DNA of 27,627 nt from Enoplolaimus lenunculus (GCA_030248215.1 JASANG010003711.1:744001-771627); one strand, 5' to 3'; positions 13,101 to 22,267 are shown, counted from the stretch's first letter. The notes: generated from the sequence alone by a model not told the origin. Made by a program: numbers and translations.

Positions 13101-16100
13101 ATTTTTATCTAAAAAGGCTCAAAGTTTCGTTCTCAAAAAGAGCCCGAGTATGTTTAGGCACACGGCCCTGCTTTTGGGTATTCGTCGCGGCATATTCTGT
13201 CTCTGTGTGCACCTACGATACAACAAAAAAGTTTCACAAAACGCGTCGTCACCTAAGTATGCAAAAATTCCCAAATTTCACAACATCCCTAAATTAGCAA
13301 TACTTACGTCTTTGCCAGCCAATCCTCTTGGTCCTTCGGGTCCAGGCAGTCCAGGTCGTCCCTAAAATAACAAATTAAAAGTTACATTAAACATATACGA
13401 CAGAACCTCCGGTTAGCAACAACTAAAGTTGACTGTTGTTTCATTTCCTGTTAATAAATCAAATTCTCATTCATGGGAATAGAACAAATCGCATACAAAA
13501 ATCTAAAATATATAATTCGAGCTAAAGGTATTCAATTGTAAAGATACATATTCATAGCCGGCACTGTGTGAAGCCTACGCTGCAGTAATTTTTTACAGCA
13601 TATGAGTAGATGGAAAATGCTGGTTTTATCCCACCATTCACGGTGATTAATTATCACCAGCTATATTATTACACCTGGTTTGAGTCATCCACCCCTCATG
13701 GTTATTAATTATGCCGTGTAATTAATCGTCTCAACCACCACCGGTGGGGGGAACAAAACCTGTTTTACATAAAACCCCTCAAAACCTCTCGTCAGGGGGG
13801 TAAACCAACATTTTCCGTCTACTCAGAAATAATAAACTCGTTATTTGCATCAGAATGTGACAACTACTCTCAGTAAACTGAGGTCTTAATGGGTGATTGA
13901 TAGAGTTAAACTTTCAAAACACGACTAACTTAGCGTGTGAATGTAGAAAAATAGTAAATTCATTTTTAATCCAAATTTGTCAGGTCGCGCAAAAATTTTG
14001 TCTCAGATTTTGAGTCAGAAAAGCTTCGCACTTTTTCAATAACATTAATAGTTTGTTGAGAAACATGTCTACTGCTGTTGCAGTAGTAAGAATCGTAAAA
14101 TGTACGCATTGAATAAAACCAATGATCTATTTGCCACCTATTAAAATAAAGTTAAGCTGTAAATGTTTGTGTTAACATACCGGTGGCCCCATTGGTCCTG
14201 GATCGCCTGGAGGTCCTTGATATCCTTGTGCGCCCTGAAATGTACATTTTCACTGCCGGAATAATAGAGACTGGGCGGTTAATTTTTAGTGAATTCCCTA
14301 TCGATTCTGTTCGCATGTTAGCAGTAGCTTTAGGGGTGCAGTATACTCACCATGCACTGCCGGATGCCGCAACGTGCCATCACTTGCCATAACGTATATT
14401 TTGCCTGTATTTTTGCTAGCAACGCATAGTGGCGTGCTTACAAGATTATGATGGTAAAAATCTTAGAACATAACAACAATAACATTGCAGCAATAAAATA
14501 TAAGTCAAATAAAAGCAAAACTTACAGGAGGTCCCGTTTGGCCTGGAGGCCCTCTTGCTCCTGGTTTACCCTAAAACAGAAACAGGTATTGACACGCCAT
14601 ACCTGCTCAAAAATAATTGAGCTCTGAAATATTATCAAAATTTCACGGTATAAGCTCATTTTAATACGACTTGGCTTAAAAATAACAAAACCACATTTTG
14701 TAATTTTCAGTAGTGACAGAAACATGCGGCTTAAACTTTTCCAGACGGTCAAAATGGTTCTGGGAGGCTCAACCATCGTTCCCGTACGGTTACAGGCCCA
14801 ATCGATCAATAGAAATCCGGTCAAACCAACAATTGCGTTTAATTGCAAAAAAAAACAATTAATTACACAAAGTATCAGACTCACCTGAATAACTTGTACA
14901 AATCGCGGTGGCGGTCCTTTATAGCCTGGTTCAAGTGTTACCGGAGGCAGTGTCGCCGGAGGCAGAGGCTCTGGTTCAGGTTTCTGAAACATTTCAATGT
15001 GCTGCCATTAATGTCAACGGTTTATATTTCAGTGTAATAATTACACAAAACAGTTAACGCTGGGCTGAACTGGAAATAATAGCAAATTGGCAATGGAAAT
15101 TTGATAGAAACGCGTTGACCGTTGACTGCTAATCGCGATGTTTTTGTTGCACATGGCAACAGGTCGATAAAATCTATGCATACTGATTGAGGCGTATGTA
15201 AACAGAGAACGTGGACTCAAAAACCCCGGCAGCATTAATAACGAAATAGCAGAACGAAACCGTCAAACAAGGTATTACTCTCGTTTCCTGAAAATTCAAA
15301 CGCATTATAAAATACGATATATAAATTATTAATATCGAAATATTAAAAAGCTTCGCAATATAAGTTTTTAATTCCTTTACCTCAGGCTGCGTAATTGTAT
15401 CTTCTCTTGTCACTTGAACGGAACCCAGCTGAAACAAAGACGTTACCATATGGGTTATAAGGAGGATTATTGATACTATTTATAGTAATAATACGACAAA
15501 ATATAAATAATTATATATAACCCAACGCAATTACTGTATAAGAACTACAGGCTGTTATAAAGGTAGTATAATTAGACTCGTTTGTTATTTTGTTGAACGC
15601 AATTTTTTTTAATTGTTTACTATTTTGTGGATTCGGCTTAAAAGCAGTTTGCCGTAAAATCTTTTGCCCAAAATAACGGCTCTTGTATACCGTCTCCGTA
15701 TTTAAGGTTAAGGCTTAATCTTAACAATGGTATTTAGGCAAAGGCGTAAACATAGCTAGGACTTTTCTTCAAACCGAAGCTTAAACCCTTAGCGTAAATG
15801 TGCGTTAAGTGTTCAGGAGCTGCAACATTTGTTTTATTTTTCAATTTACCAAACTTCTTTGGGCATCAGCGTCAGCGCCTTCTTTTACCAGGTCTTCTGC
15901 TTGCCTTCTAAGTCTCTGAAATAAAGTCATATATAATACAGCATTTTTTCAAAAATATGATCGGAGTTCGAATTCTGTCAAAACTTAATTATGTTCTCAA
16001 AACCGTCAAGCAGAATTTTTGCCATACGCTGACCAGCAGCAGGGTGCAACCGGAGGTAGAAAAAACCGGAGTGGGAGATCAAAAAATTGTGCCGGAGTTG

Positions 16101-17990
16101 AAGAAGCATGTGAACCCGGAGGTGGAGCAAAATTACGTAATAAAACTTCAGTTGAATTGCCGAATTTTAACAATAAGCTACAAAGTGCGGCTAAAAAATT
16201 GGCGTTAAGGTCAATTTAGTGCCTGATCTGTAGGCAGACCTCAGGTGGTTCATTGCTCACCACAAAGTTATATAAAACAACGTTTGGTGTTGGCCAATAA
16301 TCGCGCTAAACATTTGCTATAAAAGACTACTTCTATGCATCAGCAGCTTACATTTACTGTTATGTCTTTCACCAAGCGGGGGCGTAGCGAGAGGGTGGTT
16401 ATGGAGGGGACGATGCTCCGCATCTTGGAAAAACTTTGCAGCCCGTAGGATATTTTTAGTCTTGATTGTAAACCATCGAAAACCCTTGTATGCCCTTCCT
16501 AAAAATGTTTATCCCCCTTGCAAAGTGAGTTGCCTACAGGCCTGTCACCATGACCACTCGCATGATACATCGAGGTTGACCGTGATTTATCAACGACCCT
16601 TGGTATTCAAGGCTCTGCTATTGATTAAAAAGTAGTCGATAGGAATCCGTTCGACCCGTGGCCAACGAAAAATGCTGGGCAGGAACGACAAAATTCCAGA
16701 CGGGTCACACAGGAATTTTAAATGGCTTACAAACTGGTCTGCTGCGCCCTCTGTCCCAATCTGGCAACGGTTTTCGAACCCCAGCCAAAATTATTAGATA
16801 TACTGATACAGATTTCACTCATACGAAAAGCTTCAGTTACATTTAGAATCAGCTTCAGTTTATGCACAACCGAATTAGCACTAATTAGTGAGCAGTTTAT
16901 ACGCCGATCGATAAATAAAAGTCAATACATGAGTTGTTTCACAGCAAATGAAAGGGAATCAGCCAAAAAATTAAAACGTATGATATATGACACTGAATAG
17001 CACTCGACTCCGATGTATAAAATAGATTAGTGCTTCCCAAAATTACATCTCATTTAGATTTTATTATTAAAGGTAAAGTTGGCATTTGAAATGCTAACGT
17101 TTCGCAGGGTCGATACAACAAGGTTATGTTGCGGCACGTAAAAATAAAACCAATCATAGCATGACTGTTTTTACGCTTTCCGCACATTTAAAGTTAAGGG
17201 TGAGGTAAAGGCTTAAGTAGGTGTCGCAAATGCTTAAACAAAGGCTTTGGCATTGAACTTAGCCTTTTCCTAGACCTAATCCTCAGCCTAAAACAAAACT
17301 GTAAAGGAAAGTGTATACGAACCAAAAGCATCGCATGAGACAGAAACGAAAGTTCAAAGTTTCGCACAAAGCGTCGATGTTTTTGCTGAAAATCAATGTA
17401 TAAGTATACTTGAAACTAATAAAGCACTTACCTTAGATCTCAGGACTTCTGAAAATAAAAAATATCTAAATGGAATTTAGAACAAATCTGAGCATTATTG
17501 TGTGCCAAAATTCGCAAATACCACCACGGTTTATAAATTTGACAACCAATTTGTTTCAAACAGAGGAATATAATTAAAAATCCAATGTTTCCATCTTATA
17601 ATTTTATATTTTATAATTTTTGTGTAACAGCTGTATAGCTTCAGCGAATCTAACACAATTCGTCGCCCGATAACTTTGTCATCGAACAGCGTAAAGCCGA
17701 AACGTAAGCCTAAGCCTAGTGATGTTCGCGATACTATGAGCTCTCGGTTACCAAATCTCAGTCGACCGACAAATTGTTTCTGGTCGAATTTGTCATGCTG
17801 CCATTTTCAGTAGTCTTAACGAATAGTTGTCGTTGTTGCTCGTGAAACTATACCTTCTTGTCAAAATTCACCAATAGGAATGGTGGTCTGTAAACGTACC
17901 ATGGCTATGAGCAAATTTGGCTTGAATTATTGTAGCAACCAGAATAACCACGACGATTCTAAAGCAATACCATTGTACAAATTTGACCAT
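1071..17990 (-). CDS. Fibrillar collagen alpha chain (clade A-like, COL1/COL2/COL3/COL5A2 type), spliced, 3' part outside window; 28 coding exons, about 602 aa visible
   Basis: Manual splicing of GT-AG exons gives a signal peptide, a 107-aa non-helical N-terminus in total, then 495 aa of perfect Gly-X-Y. Exon sizes are 45/54/99/108 nt, all phase 0 and starting with Gly. Peptides GAQGYQGPPGDPG, GPSGLDGIKG and GFQ|GLVGPAG align by eye with COL1A1 GPQGFQGPPGEPG, GFSGLDGAKG and GFQ|GLPGPAG. Confidence 0.96.
1657..1710 (-). CDS. Collagen helix exon 54 nt GLPGEVGPEGAVGQRGFQ
   Basis: AG/GT boundaries, Gly-X-Y x6. Confidence 0.95.
2188..2241 (-). CDS. Collagen helix exon 54 nt GTPGNDGLPGATGEVGPI
   Basis: AG/GT boundaries, Gly-X-Y x6. 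Confidence 0.95.
2426..2479 (-). CDS. Collagen helix exon 54 nt GKAGKDGVPGASGAKGEQ
   Basis: AG/GT boundaries, Gly-X-Y x6. Confidence 0.95.
2819..3026. mobile_element. Foldback/MITE with about 67-bp inverted arms
   Basis: 2819-2886 pairs with the reverse complement of about 2959-3026 with roughly 6 mismatches; TTTTTGGCTT occurs three times in the centre. Confidence 0.85.
3218..3271 (-). CDS. Collagen helix exon 54 nt GLPGPPGPFGATGEKGPE
   Basis: AG/GT boundaries, Gly-X-Y x6. Confidence 0.95.
3573..3617 (-). CDS. Collagen helix exon 45 nt GDAGKDGLIGAPGVP
   Basis: AG/GT boundaries, Gly-X-Y x5. Confidence 0.95.
4124..4177 (-). CDS. Collagen helix exon 54 nt GQTGRPGPNGAQGLQGQK
   Basis: AG/GT boundaries, Gly-X-Y x6. 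Confidence 0.95.
4568..4612 (-). CDS. Collagen helix exon 45 nt GRPGREGSRGPRGLM
   Basis: AG/GT boundaries, Gly-X-Y x5. Confidence 0.95.
5137..5244 (-). CDS. Collagen helix exon 108 nt GVQGIPGLPGPSGDKGEKGGTGEVGPRGPEGLKGNQ
   Basis: AG/GT boundaries, Gly-X-Y x12. Confidence 0.95.
5692..5745 (-). CDS. Collagen helix exon 54 nt GPIGEPGPIGEPGQEGPK
   Basis: AG/GT boundaries, Gly-X-Y x6. Confidence 0.95.
6096..6203 (-). CDS. Collagen helix exon 108 nt GQVGPVGPKGMQGQQGDPGPRGPTGEPGPEGREGSR
   Basis: AG/GT boundaries, Gly-X-Y x12. Confidence 0.95.
6718..6816 (-). CDS. Collagen helix exon 99 nt GRKGDYGAPGLPGSKGEIGRTGVSGPKGIKGDE
   Basis: AG/GT boundaries, Gly-X-Y x11. Confidence 0.95.
7334..7378 (-). 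CDS. Collagen helix exon 45 nt GSTGPMGRRGEKGIE
   Basis: AG/GT boundaries, Gly-X-Y x5. Confidence 0.95.
7594..7692 (-). CDS. Collagen helix exon 99 nt GDKGGVGPKGEIGLTGPIGLPGKPGLPGIDGEK
   Basis: AG/GT boundaries, Gly-X-Y x11. Confidence 0.95.
8021..8074 (-). CDS. Collagen helix exon 54 nt GDPGPPGATGFPGTEGLK
   Basis: AG/GT boundaries, Gly-X-Y x6. Confidence 0.95.
8364..8532 (-). mobile_element. hAT-like MITE family B copy
   Basis: Shares CGAAAACCCTTGTATG and GCAAGGTGAGCTAGCTACGGGC with the other copies; TSD eroded. Confidence 0.65.
8761..8805 (-). CDS. Collagen helix exon 45 nt GPRGADGIQGPVGAP
   Basis: AG/GT boundaries, Gly-X-Y x5. Confidence 0.95.
9756..9854 (-). CDS. Collagen helix exon 99 nt GEKGDTGPMGDPGPMGVRGLTGEVGKTGQQGPP
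   Basis: AG/GT boundaries, Gly-X-Y x11. Confidence 0.95.
10454..10507 (-). CDS. Collagen helix exon 54 nt GPSGLDGIKGNIGPPGLT
   Basis: AG/GT boundaries, Gly-X-Y x6. Confidence 0.95.
11031..11084 (-). CDS. Collagen helix exon 54 nt GAPGPPGIPGQAGEKGDQ
   Basis: AG/GT boundaries (donor gtttga), Gly-X-Y x6. Confidence 0.95.
11202..11349 (-). mobile_element. MITE family A copy, inverted and shorter
   Basis: GGTCCATGT...ACATTGGTC, flanked by AAATTGTG on both sides; contains CTTAGGAATATGC (reverse complement of the family core). Confidence 0.75.
11627..11824 (+). mobile_element. MITE family A copy (GG termini, 8-bp TSD, Merlin-like), CCTAAG-rich core
   Basis: GGCCAATGTAA...TTACATGGGCC, flanked by AAATAAAT on both sides; clearly alignable to 20765-20964. 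Confidence 0.85.
12294..12347 (-). CDS. Collagen helix exon 54 nt GARGTDGMPGTRGKPGAP
   Basis: AG/GT boundaries, Gly-X-Y x6. Confidence 0.95.
13308..13361 (-). CDS. Collagen helix exon 54 nt GRPGLPGPEGPRGLAGKD
   Basis: AG/GT boundaries, Gly-X-Y x6. Confidence 0.95.
13603..13825. mobile_element. MITE with 24-bp TIR
   Basis: TGAGTAGATGGAAAATGCTGGTTT ... AAACCAACATTTTCCGTCTACTCA (22/24 match); no clear TSD. Confidence 0.7.
14181..14234 (-). CDS. Collagen helix exon 54 nt GAQGYQGPPGDPGPMGPP
   Basis: AG/GT boundaries, Gly-X-Y x6. Confidence 0.95.
14526..14570 (-). CDS. Collagen helix exon 45 nt GKPGARGPPGQTGPP
   Basis: AG/GT boundaries, Gly-X-Y x5. Confidence 0.95.
14885..14983 (-). CDS. Collagen Pro-rich/N-telopeptide exon KPEPEPLPPATLPPVTLEPGYKGPPPRFVQVIQ (99 nt)
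   Basis: tttcag acceptor, gtgagt donor, phase 0/0; immediately precedes the first helical exon. Confidence 0.9.
15381..15428 (-). CDS. Collagen N-propeptide exon LGSVQVTREDTITQPE (48 nt)
   Basis: tttcag acceptor, gtaaag donor, phase 0/0. Confidence 0.78.
15850..15915 (-). CDS. Collagen N-propeptide exon RLRRQAEDLVKEGADADAQRSL (66 nt)
   Basis: tttcag acceptor, gtaaat donor, phase 0/0, open frame. Confidence 0.8.
16377..16544 (-). mobile_element. hAT-like MITE family B copy
   Basis: CGGGGGCGTAGC...GCCTACAGGCCTG; TSD TCACCAAG/TCACCATG (7/8); shares CGAAAACCCTTGTATG with 8364-8532. Confidence 0.7.
17432..17448 (-). CDS. Collagen 17-nt microexon, (E)VLRSK
   Basis: ttttcag|AAGTCCTGAGATCTAAG|gtaagt; bridges a phase-1 upstream exon and a phase-0 downstream exon. 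Confidence 0.8.
17900..17990 (-). CDS. Collagen coding exon 1: start codon and signal peptide MVKFVQWYCFRIVVVILVATIIQAKFAHSH(G)
   Basis: ATG at 17990-17988; basic N-region followed by hydrophobic IVVVILVATII; donor G|GTACGT gives phase 1, matching the next microexon. Confidence 0.8.
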
Positions 17991-18202
17991 AGCAGTAGAT
18001 TCAATGGCAGTGCGTATTATATACCTATTATTACAACGGCAGTTTAATTTTAAGCTAACATCAGAAGTATTAATGGTGGTTAGGCATGCGCTATTCAAAC
18101 GTAGTACTGTATAATAATTATGTTATATACTAATTATTCTGCTACTGGCTAATCAGTAAGTTATACGCTTGACCCAAACCACCTGTAAAATGTTTCACTG
18201 TC

Positions 18203-18404
18203 CATCAATGTATAGAACGGTGTCGAAACAGCAGCATAAGCCTATTCATAAGCCGAAGCCTAACCTAAGCCAAAGTCTATGCGTAACAATTAGCTTATAC
18301 TTAAGCTTAAACCTGTAGCCTACGCAAAAAAATAGTCTAAAGCGGAAGCTTACTCTGTTGAAGTCTCGCCGAAAAACGTGCCGCCGCTAATCCTTTCATG
18401 GACC
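18203..18404 (+). mobile_element. MITE family A, diverged copy just upstream of the collagen start exon
   Basis: Shares CAATGTA..., the CCTAAG-like core, AAAATAGTCTAAAGC..AAGCTTACTC and a ...CATGGACC end; TSD not convincing. Confidence 0.6.
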
Positions 18405-18908
18405 CACTTAATTTTTTTCCGGGTGCCATTGTTTACTGTGTTTCGTAATTCAAATATTATTTCGTTTTCTTTTCAATTGATGTTAACCAATATATGTATA
18501 TTAATAGCTGCTGCTCCACCCGGAAAGACACATGATCAAAAAAGGTCAGCTTAGAACAGTAACGGTGGCGCTATACTTGTCATTCGGCACCGTTCGGCAC
18601 TGCCCGTCGCCATCTGTCACCGTCCGACACCGCCCATCACCATGCGGAATCGTACGTGCGTAATTTACATCCGATACCGCACGGTGACGGACTGCACAGT
18701 ACGGCTGACAAACGGCGCCGGACGTCAACAAAAGTATAACGCAACCCTAACAGACATTTTCGTCAAAACAACAAAGTGTATTGCAAACTGCGTATATACG
18801 ACAATTCGTCCGTCGACCGATAACTTGTCGCCCAAGGGTGTCCTCACGCCATTGAATAAAACTAAGCATAAGCCTGTGCGTAATCTTAGCGCATGCCTAA
18901 GCAGGACT

Positions 18909-18973
18909 GGCCCGTAGCCAGCTGACCTTGCTAGGGAGGCTAAAACTATTTCAGAAGGGGCATACAAAGGTTG
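18909..18973 (+). mobile_element. Truncated MITE family B end
   Basis: GGCCCGTAGCCAGCTGACCTTGCTA...GCATACAAAGGTT matches the left end of 820-989. Confidence 0.55.
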
Positions 18974-20764
18974 CATATAATATATATGTATTCTATTAAA
19001 CCGACAGTCGTATCCTTGTCCCAGTCTGAGCTTAGTGTACAGTGTCCATCTTGTTAAAATTTTCTAAAACTCAAATTATATCGTACGTGGACTCTTACGA
19101 GCATACATATTACTCTTAATGTCCACTTAAGTCGATTTCAGTGGTCCTTGAAATACGGACTGCTTGCATACTGTAACTATAGCTAATGTACGTGGAAGAT
19201 GTTAGCCACTGTTTTTGCAGTCATCCGTTTTACAGTGTGGTCAAATGTATATAGTGAAACAGTGAAAAGAATTGTGGGATTCGGTATAATATAGATGAGT
19301 TGCGGTGTAATATTTTTTCGAATTTATATCTGGTTTATATAAAGGCGTCTAAATTGAAACTAAACAGAAAACGAAACCAGTTTTCACGTGTGCTGTTGAC
19401 CATACCAGTGGCGGATCCTAAAATTTCTGATCGGAGCCGGGCATCTACAAATCTTAAAAACGCAGAATGGAAGGCGCCGATTTAGCTTTTGAGACATACG
19501 CTTAAGAACTGTTTTGGGGAAACGATGGAAATCGCATCAAAAGGTTAAAATTTTATTTCAGCATGCGATTGTGTCCAAGAATTCTCGATGGAAGTCCCCA
19601 GACTTGAGATGCCTTTCCACTCCTTTCAAAAGCTAAACAGAAATTGGCAGGATCAATTGAAAATAAAATTTCGTAAAGTATACCCTACCATTTGATTTCC
19701 AAAATTTTTTAACGCAAACTGCGTGCGCACAGACTACACCCACAAATCTCGGGATTTGTTGGTGCCCGCGGATACTAACAGGGGCATTAATGCGTCAGGG
19801 TGATAGGAACAGTTTAAAGTTGCCGGAAACGGATAGCGGTAAAAATAGCAAAACGTATATCTAAAATATATACCAATTTTAAGAATATGGTTTGTTTCTT
19901 GCCAACGCAATTCATGTTAACCTGATTTTCGAAATATCAAACAGTTGCAGTTGCAGCATATTGCTGAAAGCCTGTAGGACCAAGTGCAACCGGAGGCAAA
20001 ACATACCTGAACCAAATAGCCGGAGTTTAACAAATTTGGCATAAACAGGAACCATTGTCGGAGGTGACCAAAATTTAAGGTATGATAAAAATGACGTTGA
20101 ATATGCTATTTTAGACATAATCGTCAAAGTATTTAAATTTTCTATTTCGCAGGATAGGCTTCAACAAAAACAGACAGACAAAAAACATGCCAAACACAGG
20201 TATTCTTCTGTCAGCAAGTAATAATAACACCGCCAAAGTTAACCAGTAAAGTTTCTCAAGCATTCGATGTGCGAAACACAAACAGCTAATACCAAAGGGT
20301 AACTTGTATATCTTTGTGTGCCGGTTGGTGTTTGCAACCCTGAAGGGCAGACATTTTTACACCATAGCAAGATAAAGCCTATTATTCTGGTTAAGCCAGA
20401 GCCAGCTCGACAAAATCGCGTATGCATCTGCAGGTACTGCAAACCAGGTTTTGTCGAACGCAAGAAATAGGCTGAAAATTTACAAGATTAGAGAGCGAGA
20501 TAACAAAAACACTGAGAGAGCAGTGTGTTGTATCATTTATGACTTTCCCGACATTCAGGAACAACTTATGATTCTTACCCATTTCCTGCATAGACCGTTC
20601 TACGAGCAACTAATTGCAAAATGTGCACTTGCAATCAATACAAAGTGCATTGCGTAGTATTTTGTAATTAATACACGCATGTGTTACAAAATCTTTACAA
20701 ATCGTGACAGCCTCTCAGGCTCGTGTGTTAAGCTTCTATAACTGAGTGAGGTTTGTAAACGCCT

Positions 20765-20964
20765 GGCCAATGTAAAGAACAGAGGCGGAGAAGTATTATA
20801 AGCATATTCCTAAGTCTAAGCCTAAGCGTAAGAATGAGCATATTCCTAAGTCTAAGCCTAAGACTAAAAGCCAAAGCCAAGCAAAAAAAATTAGTCTAAA
20901 AGCTTACGCTTACTTTTTTCTAGTCCTACATAAAAACGATCCACCCCTGATCTTTACATGGGCC
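20765..20964 (+). mobile_element. MITE family A copy
   Basis: About 26-bp imperfect TIR GGCCAATGTAAAGAACAGAGGCGGA / TCCACCCCTGATCTTTACATGGGCC; direct repeat AACGCCT on both flanks. Confidence 0.85.
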
Positions 20965-22267
20965 AACGCCTCATACCCGTATTCGAATCCCACCTTGAAA
21001 ATATGTGTTTGTAATAAATAGAATATATTTATGCATGATAGTTTTAGTCTGGTTTTTAAAGCCAGAAGTATCAGCATTCATAACACATGGCACATGGCTA
21101 AAAAGTTATTCATTTACTGCGTGAACTGCACAGAATCAAAATGTTTTCAAGATAGAGGCACAACAGTCTTGAATGAACAGTAGGTATGCGATTTGACGTC
21201 TGTCGCCGACTCAAGTGATATTATTTTTTGTATTTTTACACCAAATGTTGTCCGTTCAGTCATTTTGATTTCATGACAGGTGATAATTGATGAAATTTTA
21301 AAATTGCCCTGATTTGTCAAAAATAAGCGTTTTGTAAATATTACAGTTTAGTATAGATTACTGTTAAAATTAGTAAATTTCACCTGAGTTTAACAACAAA
21401 AATATTTTGCTTTGCTCTGCAGCCCGGGAATTTATTAACCGCCAGTTGAACCCGTGTATTTAACCATTAGAATTAGGTTTACCGTTCCAAGATTTATTAA
21501 TACTTTACTCAATGTTTTTAAAAAACGTACTGCAGTGACCAGAATAAGGGAAGGACTGGTATTCATTTTGCGTCTCCAGATGGTACCCACTTAAGTTTGG
21601 TATTTTTAGCCCACACCGTGTTAGTTTGACCCAACCCCATTCATGTCATGTTTAGGCACAACTGACTTGATCCGAAACATTTCCGTTGATTGCCACGTCC
21701 GTTGAATGTTTTTCTGAATTTAAAATAACTACGCGGGTTTTCTGAGTGTCTGTTTCATTCTTGGGCACTGTAGACCACTTTTCTGCTTCGGGCTCTTCTG
21801 TGGACTCTAATTAGGACTTATGAACTCTCTGTCCCTACTGATTGGAACTCAAAATAGGGATCACCTTCATATTACCCAACTTTCATTCGGGTTACTGCTG
21901 CAAGCATTTAATAAATACATTACATATCGGAATGTACACATTTTCTCAGGACTGTTCCCGCAAGTACACGAAAAAAAACACCGGCTTCGTCATAAACCTA
22001 CTAATCCTAGTATTCAAAATTGAGCGTATAGGTTTAGATATATGCATATTTCTAGAAGGAACTAATAAAGCCACACCAGAAGCGTGTGGCTTATCAAAAA
22101 AGGATAAGCGGTCACGAACTCTTAATACAAAAGTGTCGTCTAGGACTAGTAGTAGTGTTTTAAAATTACCCGAGTTTAAGAATATAAAAAATTTACAGAT
22201 AAAATTAATACAGTGTGAATGTTTAATACGCACAGCTGATTCATAGAATTCGCTTCAATGTTCGTTT

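Noticed and set aside
14522..14992. 156-aa ORF as a single-exon gene
   Set aside because: It is the 99-nt collagen exon reading through its GT donor into the intron.
17868..17899. Alternative donor (TG|gtgaat at 17871) for the signal-peptide exon
   Set aside because: It gives phase 2, incompatible with the 17-nt microexon and the downstream phase-0 exons.
21946..22233. LINE AP-endonuclease remnant (RDR...SGVALLV resemblance)
   Set aside because: Only one short motif; no GDFN or SDH motifs or RT nearby. It could equally be an exon of the upstream gene, so it is left uncalled.
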